Source of the DNA: Candidatus Heimdallarchaeota archaeon
GTDB taxonomy: Archaea; Asgardarchaeota; Heimdallarchaeia; Heimdallarchaeales; Heimdallarchaeaceae
Assembly (NCBI GenBank): GCA_019057375.1
Contig: DXJF01000130.1
Location: 1-40,867 of the forward strand
Length of the DNA stretch: 40,867 bases
Reading direction: 5' to 3'
Shown here: positions 1 through 9,010 of the stretch, one piece after another
How positions within the stretch are numbered: the stretch's first letter is position 1
Layout of the letters: the number at the start of each line of letters is the position of its first letter
Translations under genes and position numbers: made by a program
The notes under the pieces: model-generated
What the model saw: the letters and a program-made list of their open reading frames with translations, nothing else
Told to the model about the DNA's origin: nothing
Databases searched by the model: none

Positions 1-2
1 AA

Positions 3-251
3 TTACTTGAGAAAGGTATCCCAAGAGCAGACTATGAAATCCTTAACATGACTGGTGAAAAAATAGGTTCCATGGTAAATGGTATCAGATCTCCTGTTAT
101 TAGAGCTGGTCTTGGAATGGCTTTTGTACCTATTGAATACGCAGAACATGGTAAAGAAGTTCTAGTTCAGATCAGAAATAGACAAGTAAAAGCTATGGTT
201 CACAAACTTCCATTCTATGACCCAAAAGTTTGGGGCTGGAAAAGAGAATAA
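3..251 (+). CDS. gcvT: Glycine cleavage system T protein (aminomethyltransferase), C-terminal part; 5'-truncated by the window edge
   Basis: The frame is open from position 3 (LLEKGIPRADYEILNMTGEKIG...SPVIRAGLGMAFV...VQIRNRQVKAMVHKLPFY). This matches the GcvT C-terminal barrel (KGIPR, GMA(Y/F)V, KLPFY). gcvH lies 5 kb downstream. Confidence 0.9.
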   Translation, partial: LLEKGIPRADYEILNMTGEKIGSMVNGIRSPVIRAGLGMAFVPIEYAEHGKEVLVQIRNRQVKAMVHKLPFYDPKVWGWKRE

Positions 252-278
252 TAGTTTTCTTTCTTTTTCTTTTTTTAC

Positions 279-1103
279 TTACTCTTCACTTTTCTTTTCT
301 TGTTTAAGGCGCAGATATTCAGCAGGATCTTCCCAAACAGGTATCTTAGCTTTATTATTGTACTCGGTAAGAAAAACTCGAGCAGCTGTTTCTAGGTCTA
401 AATCTCCACCTTTTTTCCTCTTGTGCCTTATTTCAGCAAATTTCTCTAAAAACTCAGGAGGAGATTCGTATTCAATTTCATAGGTTTTTTTAATTGCATT
501 AGAATTAATTTTATCAATACTTTGTACTAACGACCATGCACCTTTGACAGGATCTGAGAGTTTTTCTGGTTTAGCAATACCAAGAAGTATCTGATCAGCC
601 ATGGATAATTTCTTTGAGATCACTCCAGGTGTGTCATAAATCTTTAATCTTGTAGTTATTCTAAGAGCTTGCAATGCTTTAGTGAATCCTGGGATAGGGG
701 CTACTGGAGCACTTGATCGCCCCTTTAAAATATTGATTAAGGAACTTTTTCCAGTGTTTGGGAGACCTATAAAACAAGCAATAATATAGAATAAATCATC
801 CTTAACAGCAGAAATGATTGCATTCCTCAGTACTGAAGTGCTTAATCTTTCTCGAGCTGAAGTTGGTATAACTTTGAATCCCTCACTTCTTAAAATTCTT
901 CTCCATTTTTTTACAATATGATCAGGAACAAGATCAACCTTATTCAGGACAATCAATAGTTTTTTTGTTGGATCTCTCATAACCATTCGTTCATATCTGC
1001 CAGATCTTGATAAGCTTGGAAATCTGGCATCTAAAACCTCAACTACAACTTCGCTGCCTTTAATCATTTTACGTACCATTGTATCATAGTCATCTTTTGG
1101 CAT
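279..1103 (-). CDS. Circularly permuted YlqF/RbgA/YawG-family ribosome biogenesis GTPase
   Basis: G4 (NKVD) precedes G1 (GLPNTGKSS), G2 (PGFT) and G3 (DTPG). The N-terminal EVLDARFP motif is typical of the YlqF family. Confidence 0.92.
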   Translation of the reverse strand: MPKDDYDTMVRKMIKGSEVVVEVLDARFPSLSRSGRYERMVMRDPTKKLLIVLNKVDLVPDHIVKKWRRILRSEGFKVIPTSARERLSTSVLRNAIISAVKDDLFYIIACFIGLPNTGKSSLINILKGRSSAPVAPIPGFTKALQALRITTRLKIYDTPGVISKKLSMADQILLGIAKPEKLSDPVKGAWSLVQSIDKINSNAIKKTYEIEYESPPEFLEKFAEIRHKRKKGGDLDLETAARVFLTEYNNKAKIPVWEDPAEYLRLKQEKKSEE

Positions 1104-1132
1104 TCTACGCTCAACTCAGTAATTCAATTTTG

Positions 1133-1339
1133 CTAGAATTCTTTTGGTGGCCCAATATCAGGTCGATCTGGTTTGTATGGTCGATCTGGTTTGTATGGTC
1201 GATCTGGAGGAGTTTCTGGTTGAAATGGTGGTGAAACACCATGATCTTTCATGTGTGCTTCTAGTAATCTTCTTAAACGTTCTACCTCTTGTTCCAGCTG
1301 TTTTATTCTCTCTTCTAAGGGTAGGAGTTCTTTAGTCAT
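1133..1339 (-). CDS. Small protein: N-terminal coiled coil plus Pro-rich tail with PDRPYK repeats
   Basis: 68-aa ATG ORF with heptad-like LEERIKQLEQEVERLRRLL and an in-frame 18-bp repeat. It is co-oriented with the GTPase gene and ends about 30 nt before it. Confidence 0.7.
   Translation of the reverse strand: MTKELLPLEERIKQLEQEVERLRRLLEAHMKDHGVSPPFQPETPPDRPYKPDRPYKPDRPDIGPPKEF
1161..1207. repeat. 18-bp tandem repeat (ggtcgatctggtttgtat), about 2.6 copies, encoding PDRPYK on the minus strand
   Basis: Seen directly: identical units at 1161-1178 and 1179-1196, partial unit at 1197-1207. Confidence 0.97.
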
Positions 1340-1373
1340 ATGTGTATAATTAATGTGAAAAGATATAAAAGAT

Positions 1374-2183
1374 GTGATTGAAGTTAGAATAATGAAATTT
1401 CACGATGCTCATTGCCATTTAGCAAATAAGGATTTTATGAAAGACTTTGATATTTCTACTTCTATGGAAAAGTGGAAAAATTCAGGTTTGGAATACGTTA
1501 TTGGTGTTTCATCCAATATTTCCGAATCTTACAAAATCCTTGAAATGAGCAAAGAATTCAACAAAATAATTCCTGGTATAGGGATTCATCCTTGGAAAGC
1601 AAAAACACAAATGAAAGAAGAACTTAAAGCAGAATTCAGACAAATTATCAACGATAATGAAATAATTGTTATAGGTGAAATAGGCTTGGATCATCACTTC
1701 ATCAAAAAAGAAGAACGCTATCCGTACCAAGAAGAATATTTTCGATTTTTCTTAGTGCAAGCTGAAAAAAACAGTTTGCCCATAAATATCCATCTAAAGG
1801 GAGCTGAAGAAGAAACTTCAGATATTCTTACATCTTACAAAATCCCTTCAGAAAACATCTTGATACATTGGTATTCTGGACCAAAAAAAGTTTTTAATCT
1901 ATTCCTAGAGAGAGATTATTTTTTTAGTATCAATCCTTCAATTCTTACTGGTTCCACTCATATTGAGGTTTTGAAAAACGCACCTTTAAATCGAATTCTG
2001 ACAGAATCAGATGGTAATGTTAAATATACCATAGATAATGTAAAAGTAACTGGTTCTCCAGGTATTATTCCAGAAGTATTAATTAAAATTGAAGAAATAA
2101 AAAATATAGAACTAGAAGAATTATCTGTAATCCTCCAAAAAAATATAAGAATCTATGCAAACTTAGCAGGTGACAAAATATGA
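1374..2183 (+). CDS. tatD: TatD-family metal-dependent nuclease
   Basis: Motifs DAHCH, GIHPW, GEIGLD, H(W)YSG and (T)ESD. The start could instead be the ATG at 1392. Confidence 0.92.
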   Translation: MIEVRIMKFHDAHCHLANKDFMKDFDISTSMEKWKNSGLEYVIGVSSNISESYKILEMSKEFNKIIPGIGIHPWKAKTQMKEELKAEFRQIINDNEIIVIGEIGLDHHFIKKEERYPYQEEYFRFFLVQAEKNSLPINIHLKGAEEETSDILTSYKIPSENILIHWYSGPKKVFNLFLERDYFFSINPSILTGSTHIEVLKNAPLNRILTESDGNVKYTIDNVKVTGSPGIIPEVLIKIEEIKNIELEELSVILQKNIRIYANLAGDKI

Positions 2184-3211
2184 GTAAAAAATCTTTAGAC
2201 AGAATTCTAAGACAAAGGAAACTATATGTGGCTGAAGTTCTAAAGCGAACTTTAAGTAAGAAGGAAAAAGTTGCTTACCATTTCAATTGTCCTGATGGTC
2301 TAGTTTCAGCTGCTTTGTTTCGTTATCTCTTTGCAGATAAAAATTTAGTTTTTATTCCAATAGATTATCCTTTATTTAAGGAGGATAAGATATCTCAGGT
2401 GTTAATCGATTCAATCTGGTTTGCAATATTAGATCTTAGTCCTTTCAATTCAAATAAAATAGACTACTTTTTTGATCACCATATATCAAACGAAGGAGTG
2501 GAAATCAAGGCAAAAGTTTCCATTTTTGATCCTAAATCACCAAGTGGGGCCACTCTTATTGCAGAATATTTTGGAGATAAACTACCAGATTTCATGGTTG
2601 AATTGTCTGAAATCACCAAAATTACTGATACAGCTAGTTATAGCACACCAGCTCCTATGGAAATCAAGGATAATTTAAGTGAGTATGATTGGGATGAAAG
2701 AGTTTGGTTTTTAGAAGATGTATGTAAATCAACATTCACAATGGCTGAGCATGACCTTGTTATAGAGTTATTGGCATCAAAGGGGTTAGATGGTTTATGG
2801 GAGAAGGATGTTTTACATCGTGTAAGGAGACTACGAAATTCTCGAAAAGAATCTTTCAATATAGCACAAGAAATTGGAATTACTGATTTCATTATTCTTA
2901 TTGATGACCCTCTTCATTATAATACTGCAGCTATAGCATCAGAGTTGCAGAAAAGAGGAGTAAAGGGGGTTGCATATCTTACTGTCTACCCAGAAGAAAC
3001 CAAAATAAGTCTTAGATTAAACAGAGCAATGTCAATCAAAGATGTTGAAAAATACAGAGTAGATTTACTTGCAAATACAATGTCAGGTGGAGGGCATAAA
3101 GGAGCCTCTGGAGCTGAAATGGAAAATCTTGATGAAACCCTCGAAATAATAAAAACTTGGACTAAAGAAGTCAACCTAAATATGAAAATAGTAGATTTAA
3201 GAAAAAAGTAA
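2180..3211 (+). CDS. DHH/DHHA1-family phosphoesterase
   Basis: Motifs YHFNCPDG..SA, ILDLS, FFDHH and C-terminal DHHA1 GGGHKGASG. ATGA overlap with the tatD stop. Confidence 0.85.
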   Translation: MSKKSLDRILRQRKLYVAEVLKRTLSKKEKVAYHFNCPDGLVSAALFRYLFADKNLVFIPIDYPLFKEDKISQVLIDSIWFAILDLSPFNSNKIDYFFDHHISNEGVEIKAKVSIFDPKSPSGATLIAEYFGDKLPDFMVELSEITKITDTASYSTPAPMEIKDNLSEYDWDERVWFLEDVCKSTFTMAEHDLVIELLASKGLDGLWEKDVLHRVRRLRNSRKESFNIAQEIGITDFIILIDDPLHYNTAAIASELQKRGVKGVAYLTVYPEETKISLRLNRAMSIKDVEKYRVDLLANTMSGGGHKGASGAEMENLDETLEIIKTWTKEVNLNMKIVDLRKK

Positions 3212-3223
3212 AAGAGGATGAAA

Positions 3224-4708
3224 TTATCCTTTAACATTACCTATAGGCTTAACTCTTACAATTGGATGACCAAGTCCAGATACTTTGAGAGCATTAATTA
3301 CTTCATCAATGTCTTTGTATGCAAATCCAGCTTCTTCTGCTAAACCTGGCATTGATGCTCCTTTTACGTATATCCCTTTTTCTCTCATTTTCTGTTGAAG
3401 AAAATCTCCCCTTATTTGCCTTTTTGCTTTGCTTCTACTCATTGTTCGTCCTGCACCATGAGCTGTTGAGCCAAAGCTTACATCCATTGCCTTTTGTGTC
3501 CCTGATAAGAGATAAGAACCAGTTTCCATGGATCCTCCAATGATAATGGGTTGTCCAATTTCCTTATATTCTTGAGGAATTTCAGGATGATTTGGTGGAA
3601 ATCCTCGAGTAGCTCCCTTTCGATGAACCATTAATTTCTTTTTCTCACCATCAATTCTGTGCTCTTCAATCTTGGCAATGTTATGAGCTACATCGTAAAT
3701 CAAATCTAATCCTAATTCATCTTCATCTTGTTTGAAGACTTCTGTGAAAACTTGTCTAACGTTATGAGTTATTATTTGTCGATTAGCATAAGCCATATTA
3801 GACGCACAACTCATAGCTGCAAAATAATCCTCTCCTTCTTTTGAGTTTATAGGAACACTGGCTAGTTCTTGATCAAGTACTGGAATATTATATTTGGTCA
3901 TTGCAGTTAAACAGTTTCTTAAGTAATCTGAAGCAACTTGATGGCCTAATCCTCTAGAACCACAGTGAATCATAACAGTAACTTGATAGTTTTTATTCAA
4001 ACCTAATTTTTTACCCTTCTCGGGGTCAAACAAATCTCCAGGTTTTACTACTTGTATTTCCAAATAATGGTTACCAGAGCCAAGTGTTCCTAGTTGTCTA
4101 AGTCCTCTACTCTGTGCTTTATTACTAACCTTTGAAGAATCTGCTTTAGGCATCTTTCCCTGACTTTCAATTCTACGTACATCTTCTTCTCTAGCATAAC
4201 CTTTTTCCAAACACCACTGTGCTCCGTCTTCTAGAACATTTTCAAACTCTGAACGAGATATATTTGCCAAATATTGGTCATGAGTTAGTTTAACCCCTAC
4301 TCCTGCAGGAACACGTCGAAACAGCTTGTCTACAAGCTCCTTAATCTTAGGTTTTACATCTCTTTCTTCTAAGGTTGTGGTGAGCATGCGTACTCCACAA
4401 TTGATATCAAAACCAACACCGCCAGGGCTAATTACTCCTTCCTCCATATCCATTGCAGCAACACCACCTATTGGAAATCCATATCCAACATGTGCATCAG
4501 GAAGAGCTATTGCATATTTCTGAATTCCAGGAAGGGTAGCTACATTGGTTATCTGATCTACAACTTTGCCTTCAAGTCCTTTTTTTAGAGCTGGAGTTAC
4601 AATCAATCTTGCAGGTACCCTCATACCCTTTTTGTATGATGTGGGGACTTCCCAAGTTGTTTCATCAATTTGTTTCATTGGAATGTTATTGCTTGACATT
4701 TTTCTCAA
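3224..4708 (-). CDS. rtcB: RtcB RNA-splicing ligase (3'-phosphate/5'-OH ligase)
   Basis: Motifs PDAHVGYGFPIGGV, GFDINCGVR, LGTLGSGNHYLE, HCGSRG, HRKGATR and STAHGAGR. Confidence 0.98.
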   Translation of the reverse strand: MRKMSSNNIPMKQIDETTWEVPTSYKKGMRVPARLIVTPALKKGLEGKVVDQITNVATLPGIQKYAIALPDAHVGYGFPIGGVAAMDMEEGVISPGGVGFDINCGVRMLTTTLEERDVKPKIKELVDKLFRRVPAGVGVKLTHDQYLANISRSEFENVLEDGAQWCLEKGYAREEDVRRIESQGKMPKADSSKVSNKAQSRGLRQLGTLGSGNHYLEIQVVKPGDLFDPEKGKKLGLNKNYQVTVMIHCGSRGLGHQVASDYLRNCLTAMTKYNIPVLDQELASVPINSKEGEDYFAAMSCASNMAYANRQIITHNVRQVFTEVFKQDEDELGLDLIYDVAHNIAKIEEHRIDGEKKKLMVHRKGATRGFPPNHPEIPQEYKEIGQPIIIGGSMETGSYLLSGTQKAMDVSFGSTAHGAGRTMSRSKAKRQIRGDFLQQKMREKGIYVKGASMPGLAEEAGFAYKDIDEVINALKVSGLGHPIVRVKPIGNVKG

Positions 4709-4808
4709 TGTAAAGAAATTGTTAGTTTTAATAAATCTCTTGGTTTATCAGAAAATATCTACAAAGGGATTATTTTTATTAGTAATTTATTTCACCTTTC
4801 TGAGTTCA

Positions 4809-5237
4809 ATGTTCAAATACAACATACTCTCTGAAGAAGTAAAATCAGATTTTGCTTTTGAAGTTAATGCAGATACCCTCTCTGAACTTTTCAGAGGTGC
4901 TGGAATAGCTATGATGGAAGCTATGGTAAACGTTAAAGAATTTAAGGCAAAACGCGTTTGGGAATTCAAAATCGAATCTGATACCCTAGATCTATTATTG
5001 TTCGATTTTCTAGGAGAACTAGTATTTGTTAAGGATGTTGAATCTGTTTTATTCAAAGACTATGAAATTAAAATCGAAGAAAATGATAAGTTCAAACTCT
5101 CATGCAAAGCTTTTGGTGATGATATTGATTATGAAAAATATGAGATATTAACAGATGTAAAAGCTGTTACTATGCACAATTTTGTCATAGAAAAAAGAAA
5201 TGATGAGTGGTATTGTCATATAATTTTAGACTTATAA
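4809..5237 (+). CDS. Archease (RtcB activator)
   Basis: From the ATG at 4809: SDFAFEVNADTLSELF, LLFDFLGELVF, DVKAVTMH and terminal IILDL, 142 aa. Divergent from rtcB. The ORF-track extension to 4566 overlaps rtcB and was discarded. Confidence 0.92.
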   Translation: MFKYNILSEEVKSDFAFEVNADTLSELFRGAGIAMMEAMVNVKEFKAKRVWEFKIESDTLDLLLFDFLGELVFVKDVESVLFKDYEIKIEENDKFKLSCKAFGDDIDYEKYEILTDVKAVTMHNFVIEKRNDEWYCHIILDL

Positions 5238-5377
5238 TACTGAGAATTCTATATTAGATTAGATTAACACTAAACAGAGGTATTTACCTCTCAAATCAGT
5301 AATATATCGGATTAATAATCTTTATAAACTAAACTTCTTCTCGTTAAAACAATCCTATAAATGATAGAGGAATTACT

Positions 5378-5800
5378 ATGGGTGACATAAGAGTAAAAGA
5401 CAAATATACTGTAAAAGAAGGACTTCTTTACACTAAAGAAAGTGAATGGGTTCTTCAAGAAGGAGACATCTGGATTTATGGCCTTAGCAATTATGCTAGT
5501 GTCGAACTAGGTGAACTTGCGTATGTAGAACTTCCTGCAGTAGGTGATACCTTCGGTAATGAAGATTCAATGGGTATTGTTGAAGCTCTAAAAGCTGTCG
5601 TTGATTTCTATTCTCCATTCGATTGCGAAGTTGTAGAAGTTAATTCAGATTTAGAAGATGATGCATCACCAATTACTGAAGATTGTTATGGTGAAGGCTG
5701 GATTCTGAAACTCAAAGCAACTGGTCCAATTGATCATCTATTCAATCAAGAAGATTACGTAAAGCTCATTGAGAAAAAGATCGAAGAAGGTTCTCACTAG
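5378..5800 (+). CDS. gcvH: Glycine cleavage system H protein (lipoyl carrier)
   Basis: Motifs LGELAYVELP, GIVEALKAV (lipoyl Lys), SPFDCEVVEVN and CYGEGWILK. Confidence 0.93.
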   Translation: MGDIRVKDKYTVKEGLLYTKESEWVLQEGDIWIYGLSNYASVELGELAYVELPAVGDTFGNEDSMGIVEALKAVVDFYSPFDCEVVEVNSDLEDDASPITEDCYGEGWILKLKATGPIDHLFNQEDYVKLIEKKIEEGSH

Positions 5801-5870
5801 ATTTTAAGAGGAGAATTTTTCCCCCTCTATTTTTATCGATTAACAAAGAGGAAGGGGAAAAAAAAGGAAA

Positions 5871-6170
5871 GGAGAAAAATGACAGAAGGTTTTATGAGTT
5901 ATTTTCTCCTCAAATTCATTTTTTTGCTTTCAAGAAGATTCTTTCAAGACTCATCCTAAACCAGCGTAATAAAGGGTAGGCAAAGTAGCAAAACTGAACA
6001 ACATGAACATATAAACGATTCAAATTGTAACAGTTACTGGTTTTCTGGAACAGAGACATACAATGATGTAAATCTGTTCAAAGGAATCATCTCTTGTTAC
6101 AAGAGGTCACTCATTACCGAACCCGTCGAACTAATTAGATGACAGATTCTCGACCTAGCTCATCGAATCT
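5871..6170 (-). ncRNA. Putative omega/reRNA scaffold and right-end region of the TnpB element
   Basis: Stacked hairpins directly 3' of the tnpB stop: AGATTC/GAATCT (6144-6170), CTCTTG/CAAGAG (6091-6105), GAACAGA/TCTGTTC (6048-6079) and GGAGAAAA/TTTTCTCC (5871-5909). The position matches known TnpB omegaRNAs; the boundaries are unknown. Confidence 0.5.
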
Positions 6171-7737
6171 AGAGAGACGATGTATTCTTTGCAGAATCCT
6201 CAAGCCATTGACCTAAGGGCTGGAGACACTTGAACAGTGTTATCGAGTAGTATTCGTTTGTTAGTGTATCTCGAATACTGGTGTAGCCATGCATTGGTTT
6301 CAAAGCATATTGGATCAACCTTTTACCTATGTTCTTTGCCCCGTTCAGATCAGCATCCAGTTCATAGTTGCAATCTTGGCAGTTAAACTGTCCTTGTCCT
6401 GTACGAGTGGTGTTAAGTGAATTACACCTTGAACATATTTTCGAGGTCCAACTTTCTCCAATTGCTACCACTCGATGGGGTTCAAATCCATAGCGATTAA
6501 GTTTGTGCTGCAGTTTAGTGATAAAGAGGCGATAACACCATTTATGCAATCTACTTCGTAAGGATTTGTTTCCGCTACCACGGGGGTGACGTTTCCGAAT
6601 ATCCTTAGGATAGCCAACAGATACAAACAGATTATAACGCACCTTCAACTGGAGAATGAAATCAACTAGTTGGTTAACTGCATATCCCAGTTCCTGTTCT
6701 GTAACAGATCGAAGTCTTCTACGTAATTGGTAGAGTTTGACGTTAAGCTGTTTAGTGGGTTGGCCATTGTTGTTACTTGTATCTAACAACTTCTGAATAG
6801 ACTTAATCCGGTTCTTTAGTTGCCATATTTTTGACTGTCTTTCCTTATTGACGATGAAGCGGAGTTCATCCATGATTACTTTCCCAGAGGGGGTAAGTAA
6901 AACTGCGACAGCTGTCTTCTTCATTCCTAGATCAACGCCCAACACTGCTGGAGGTTGAGTAGATTGATAAAGAGGGACAGTATATTGGAGAGCGACGTGT
7001 GCCCACCACTGTTGTTCTTTGGATTTATATACTAGTTCTAATGACTTTATCTTCCCTAGTTTTAGCTTCTTTTCGTGATAAGGTGAATAAGCTAAAGGTA
7101 GCAACAGTCTATTATGATATCTTTTACCAGATCGTTTTGTATCAAGAGAGTCCCTTACTTCTAACCACATCTTAGCTACTGTATCTTTGGTAGTAGGAAT
7201 CAATTGAAACGTACCTCTATCTAGTAACCTTGTAAATAGTTTTCGGGGGATTTTTTTCTTGAATTGTGGTCTATTCAGCTCCTTTTCGGAAAGATCTTGT
7301 TGTGTTTTCCAGCTTTCATAAGTCCAGATAGATTTATCTCTACATTCGATGAATTCACCAGGGGAACAGCGAGGATAGCGTTTTTTCAAGTCATGGGGAA
7401 CAGTTGTTCGTAGTTTGTGTTGCGTTTTTCTAGATGTTGTCAAAGTCAATTTATCCAACAGGGAAGAATTTATTTTGCCATCTTTTCGTAGTATTTTCTC
7501 CTCGTTGTGTTTGATGATTCTGAGGTAGTCGTTGCAGATTCTAGTATCCCTTTCGGTAATTAATCTCAGCCTATCACACTCTTGAGCAACCATCAGTTCT
7601 GTCTTAATCCTGAGTTTGACAAGATTGTAGCCAGTAACTAATCGTGCTTGATGTGTGCTTGTAACAACTCTATCTTTCTCATATTTCTTGTTTTCATTTG
7701 TTGATTGTTTTTGTTTATTATTTGCTTCGTTTGTCAT
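6169..7737 (-). CDS. tnpB: TnpB RNA-guided endonuclease (RuvC plus Zn finger) with rearranged catalytic site
   Basis: RuvC-I VLGVDLG. The canonical RuvC-II Glu position reads VSVGYPKDIR. An alternative Glu lies in AIGESWTSKICSRC. Second CxxC is CQDC; RuvC-III is DADLNGAKNI. The likely start is the ATG at 7737, because the track start at 7851 lies in the end hairpin. Confidence 0.93.
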   Translation of the reverse strand: MTNEANNKQKQSTNENKKYEKDRVVTSTHQARLVTGYNLVKLRIKTELMVAQECDRLRLITERDTRICNDYLRIIKHNEEKILRKDGKINSSLLDKLTLTTSRKTQHKLRTTVPHDLKKRYPRCSPGEFIECRDKSIWTYESWKTQQDLSEKELNRPQFKKKIPRKLFTRLLDRGTFQLIPTTKDTVAKMWLEVRDSLDTKRSGKRYHNRLLLPLAYSPYHEKKLKLGKIKSLELVYKSKEQQWWAHVALQYTVPLYQSTQPPAVLGVDLGMKKTAVAVLLTPSGKVIMDELRFIVNKERQSKIWQLKNRIKSIQKLLDTSNNNGQPTKQLNVKLYQLRRRLRSVTEQELGYAVNQLVDFILQLKVRYNLFVSVGYPKDIRKRHPRGSGNKSLRSRLHKWCYRLFITKLQHKLNRYGFEPHRVVAIGESWTSKICSRCNSLNTTRTGQGQFNCQDCNYELDADLNGAKNIGKRLIQYALKPMHGYTSIRDTLTNEYYSITLFKCLQPLGQWLEDSAKNTSSL

Positions 7738-7805
7738 AAATTTCACTTCCTGAAATTGTTTCTTTGGAATAAACTTGGATACCCTTTTTGAAAAGTCATA
7801 ATCGA

Positions 7806-7850
7806 TGGTTCCTCTTCTAGTTTTAATATTTGAAACCAGTAGAGGAACCA
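7806..7850. other. Imperfect hairpin, candidate IS200/IS605 left-end subterminal palindrome
   Basis: TGGTTCCTCT (7806-7815) pairs perfectly with AGAGGAACCA (7841-7850), with further imperfect pairing inside. It lies about 70 nt upstream of the tnpB ATG. Confidence 0.65.
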
Positions 7851-8217
7851 CCGGTTGTACTACGTGTAAAATTGCTTCAGATTCTCAAAATGGAAATCCT
7901 GACAATCAACTTCTTCTCTTCTTTCAACTCCTTTTTCCTTTTAGGTGACAAGCGAAGAATTACAGGTTTGGTTGTAATTCTTGCCTATCGAGAATCTAGA
8001 AGGGTGTTGATATTATAAGCACCACAGAAATTTTGTGCCAAATCATTTTTATTAGTATGAGAATTTGAAAAGATTCATTAGATCAATTATTACTCAAATG
8101 ATAAACCAGTTCTCTTTTTACACAGAATAAAACCTGATCATTAGATGCTAAATTCTTTTCTTGAAGCACTTGTTTAATTAATTCATCTACTGATATCTTT
8201 GATTTTTCAAGAATAGC

Positions 8218-8763
8218 TTGTTCAATTTCAAATTGGGAATATCTATCTGTTATAACAGAACAATAATTGTAGCTACATATAGGCTTTTTTCATTTTTCTC
8301 TCCTTATAAAACACTGATAGATAAAATAATTGATGGAATTATAACTTTGGAAGCTTTACTATTACCACATATAAAAGACGAACTTGCTTTCCGACTAAGT
8401 CTACGGGCAGCACTACTAATAGGAGAGACAGAAGAAGAGAGACACAAATTCTTCAAAATTGCAAAAGAAGCTTATAAGCATAGAAGTGATTTAATACATG
8501 GTGAAATTAAACCTATAAAAATACGAAGAGAGTTTCCAAATGATTTCTATCAGCTTTGTATGAAAGTTTACCTCAAATGTCTAGACTTATATGATTCTGA
8601 ATCCTATATCGATCCTAAATCATATTCCAAAGACTACCAAGCTTTATTCAGAAAAATTGAATTTTCCCAATTTAATGATACTTCTTTAAAGTTGGAAGAT
8701 ATTCTTGATCTGAAATTTACAACATATGAAGAATATAGAGAGTATTTAACATCCTATCTTTAG
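8218..8763 (+). CDS. HEPN-domain protein (ApeA-like HEPN); probably N-terminally truncated
   Basis: DKIIDGIITLEALL...LAFRLSLRAALLIG...YKHRSDLIHG with an Rx4H motif. The start is TTG and all three frames at 8041-8217 contain stops. Confidence 0.75.
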   Translation: MFNFKLGISICYNRTIIVATYRLFSFFSPYKTLIDKIIDGIITLEALLLPHIKDELAFRLSLRAALLIGETEEERHKFFKIAKEAYKHRSDLIHGEIKPIKIRREFPNDFYQLCMKVYLKCLDLYDSESYIDPKSYSKDYQALFRKIEFSQFNDTSLKLEDILDLKFTTYEEYREYLTSYL

Positions 8764-9010
8764 AATGTTTTTATATAATTTTTATACATACTCTATTCAT
8801 CCCTAAATTAAGGGATGTTCTGATACATTTTCTTTGGTTTCAGAAATATTTCCCCTTCTAACAACTTCTGCTCAAAAAATTTTTCTGCAACTAATAGTTA
8901 TATCTTCTTCTCTTCAGCTTCCTTCAAAAGTCAAAGAATAAAAGTGAAATTAGGAATATTTCTAACAACTCTACAAAGACCTTATATTTCATGTTGTCTT
9001 AAACTAGGAA

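Larger units (their letters stand above)
5871..7850 (-). mobile_element. tnpB-only (IS1341-like) IS200/IS605-superfamily element; ends approximate
   Basis: tnpB ORF with a subterminal hairpin 5' of it (7806-7850) and a run of hairpins 3' of it (5871-6170). No tnpA or serine recombinase is present in the window. The sequence looks more GC-rich than its flanks by eye. Confidence 0.7.

Noticed and set aside
4566-4808. N-terminal extension of archease given in the ORF track
   Set aside because: It overlaps the rtcB start on the opposite strand. Archease similarity begins at the ATG at 4809.
7738-7851. First 38 codons of the tracked TnpB ORF
   Set aside because: They start inside the end hairpin. 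The ATG at 7737 is the more plausible start.
7865-7965. Minus-strand peptide RITTKPVILRLSPKRKKELKEE resembling a transposase or TnpB N-terminus
   Set aside because: It has no start codon, is bounded by stops and is too short to support a pseudogene call.
6144-7997. 10-bp inverted match AGATTCTCGA/TCGAGAATCT as terminal inverted repeats of the tnpB element
   Set aside because: IS200/IS605 elements lack TIRs, the left copy is part of a local hairpin, and a 10-mer match could be chance.
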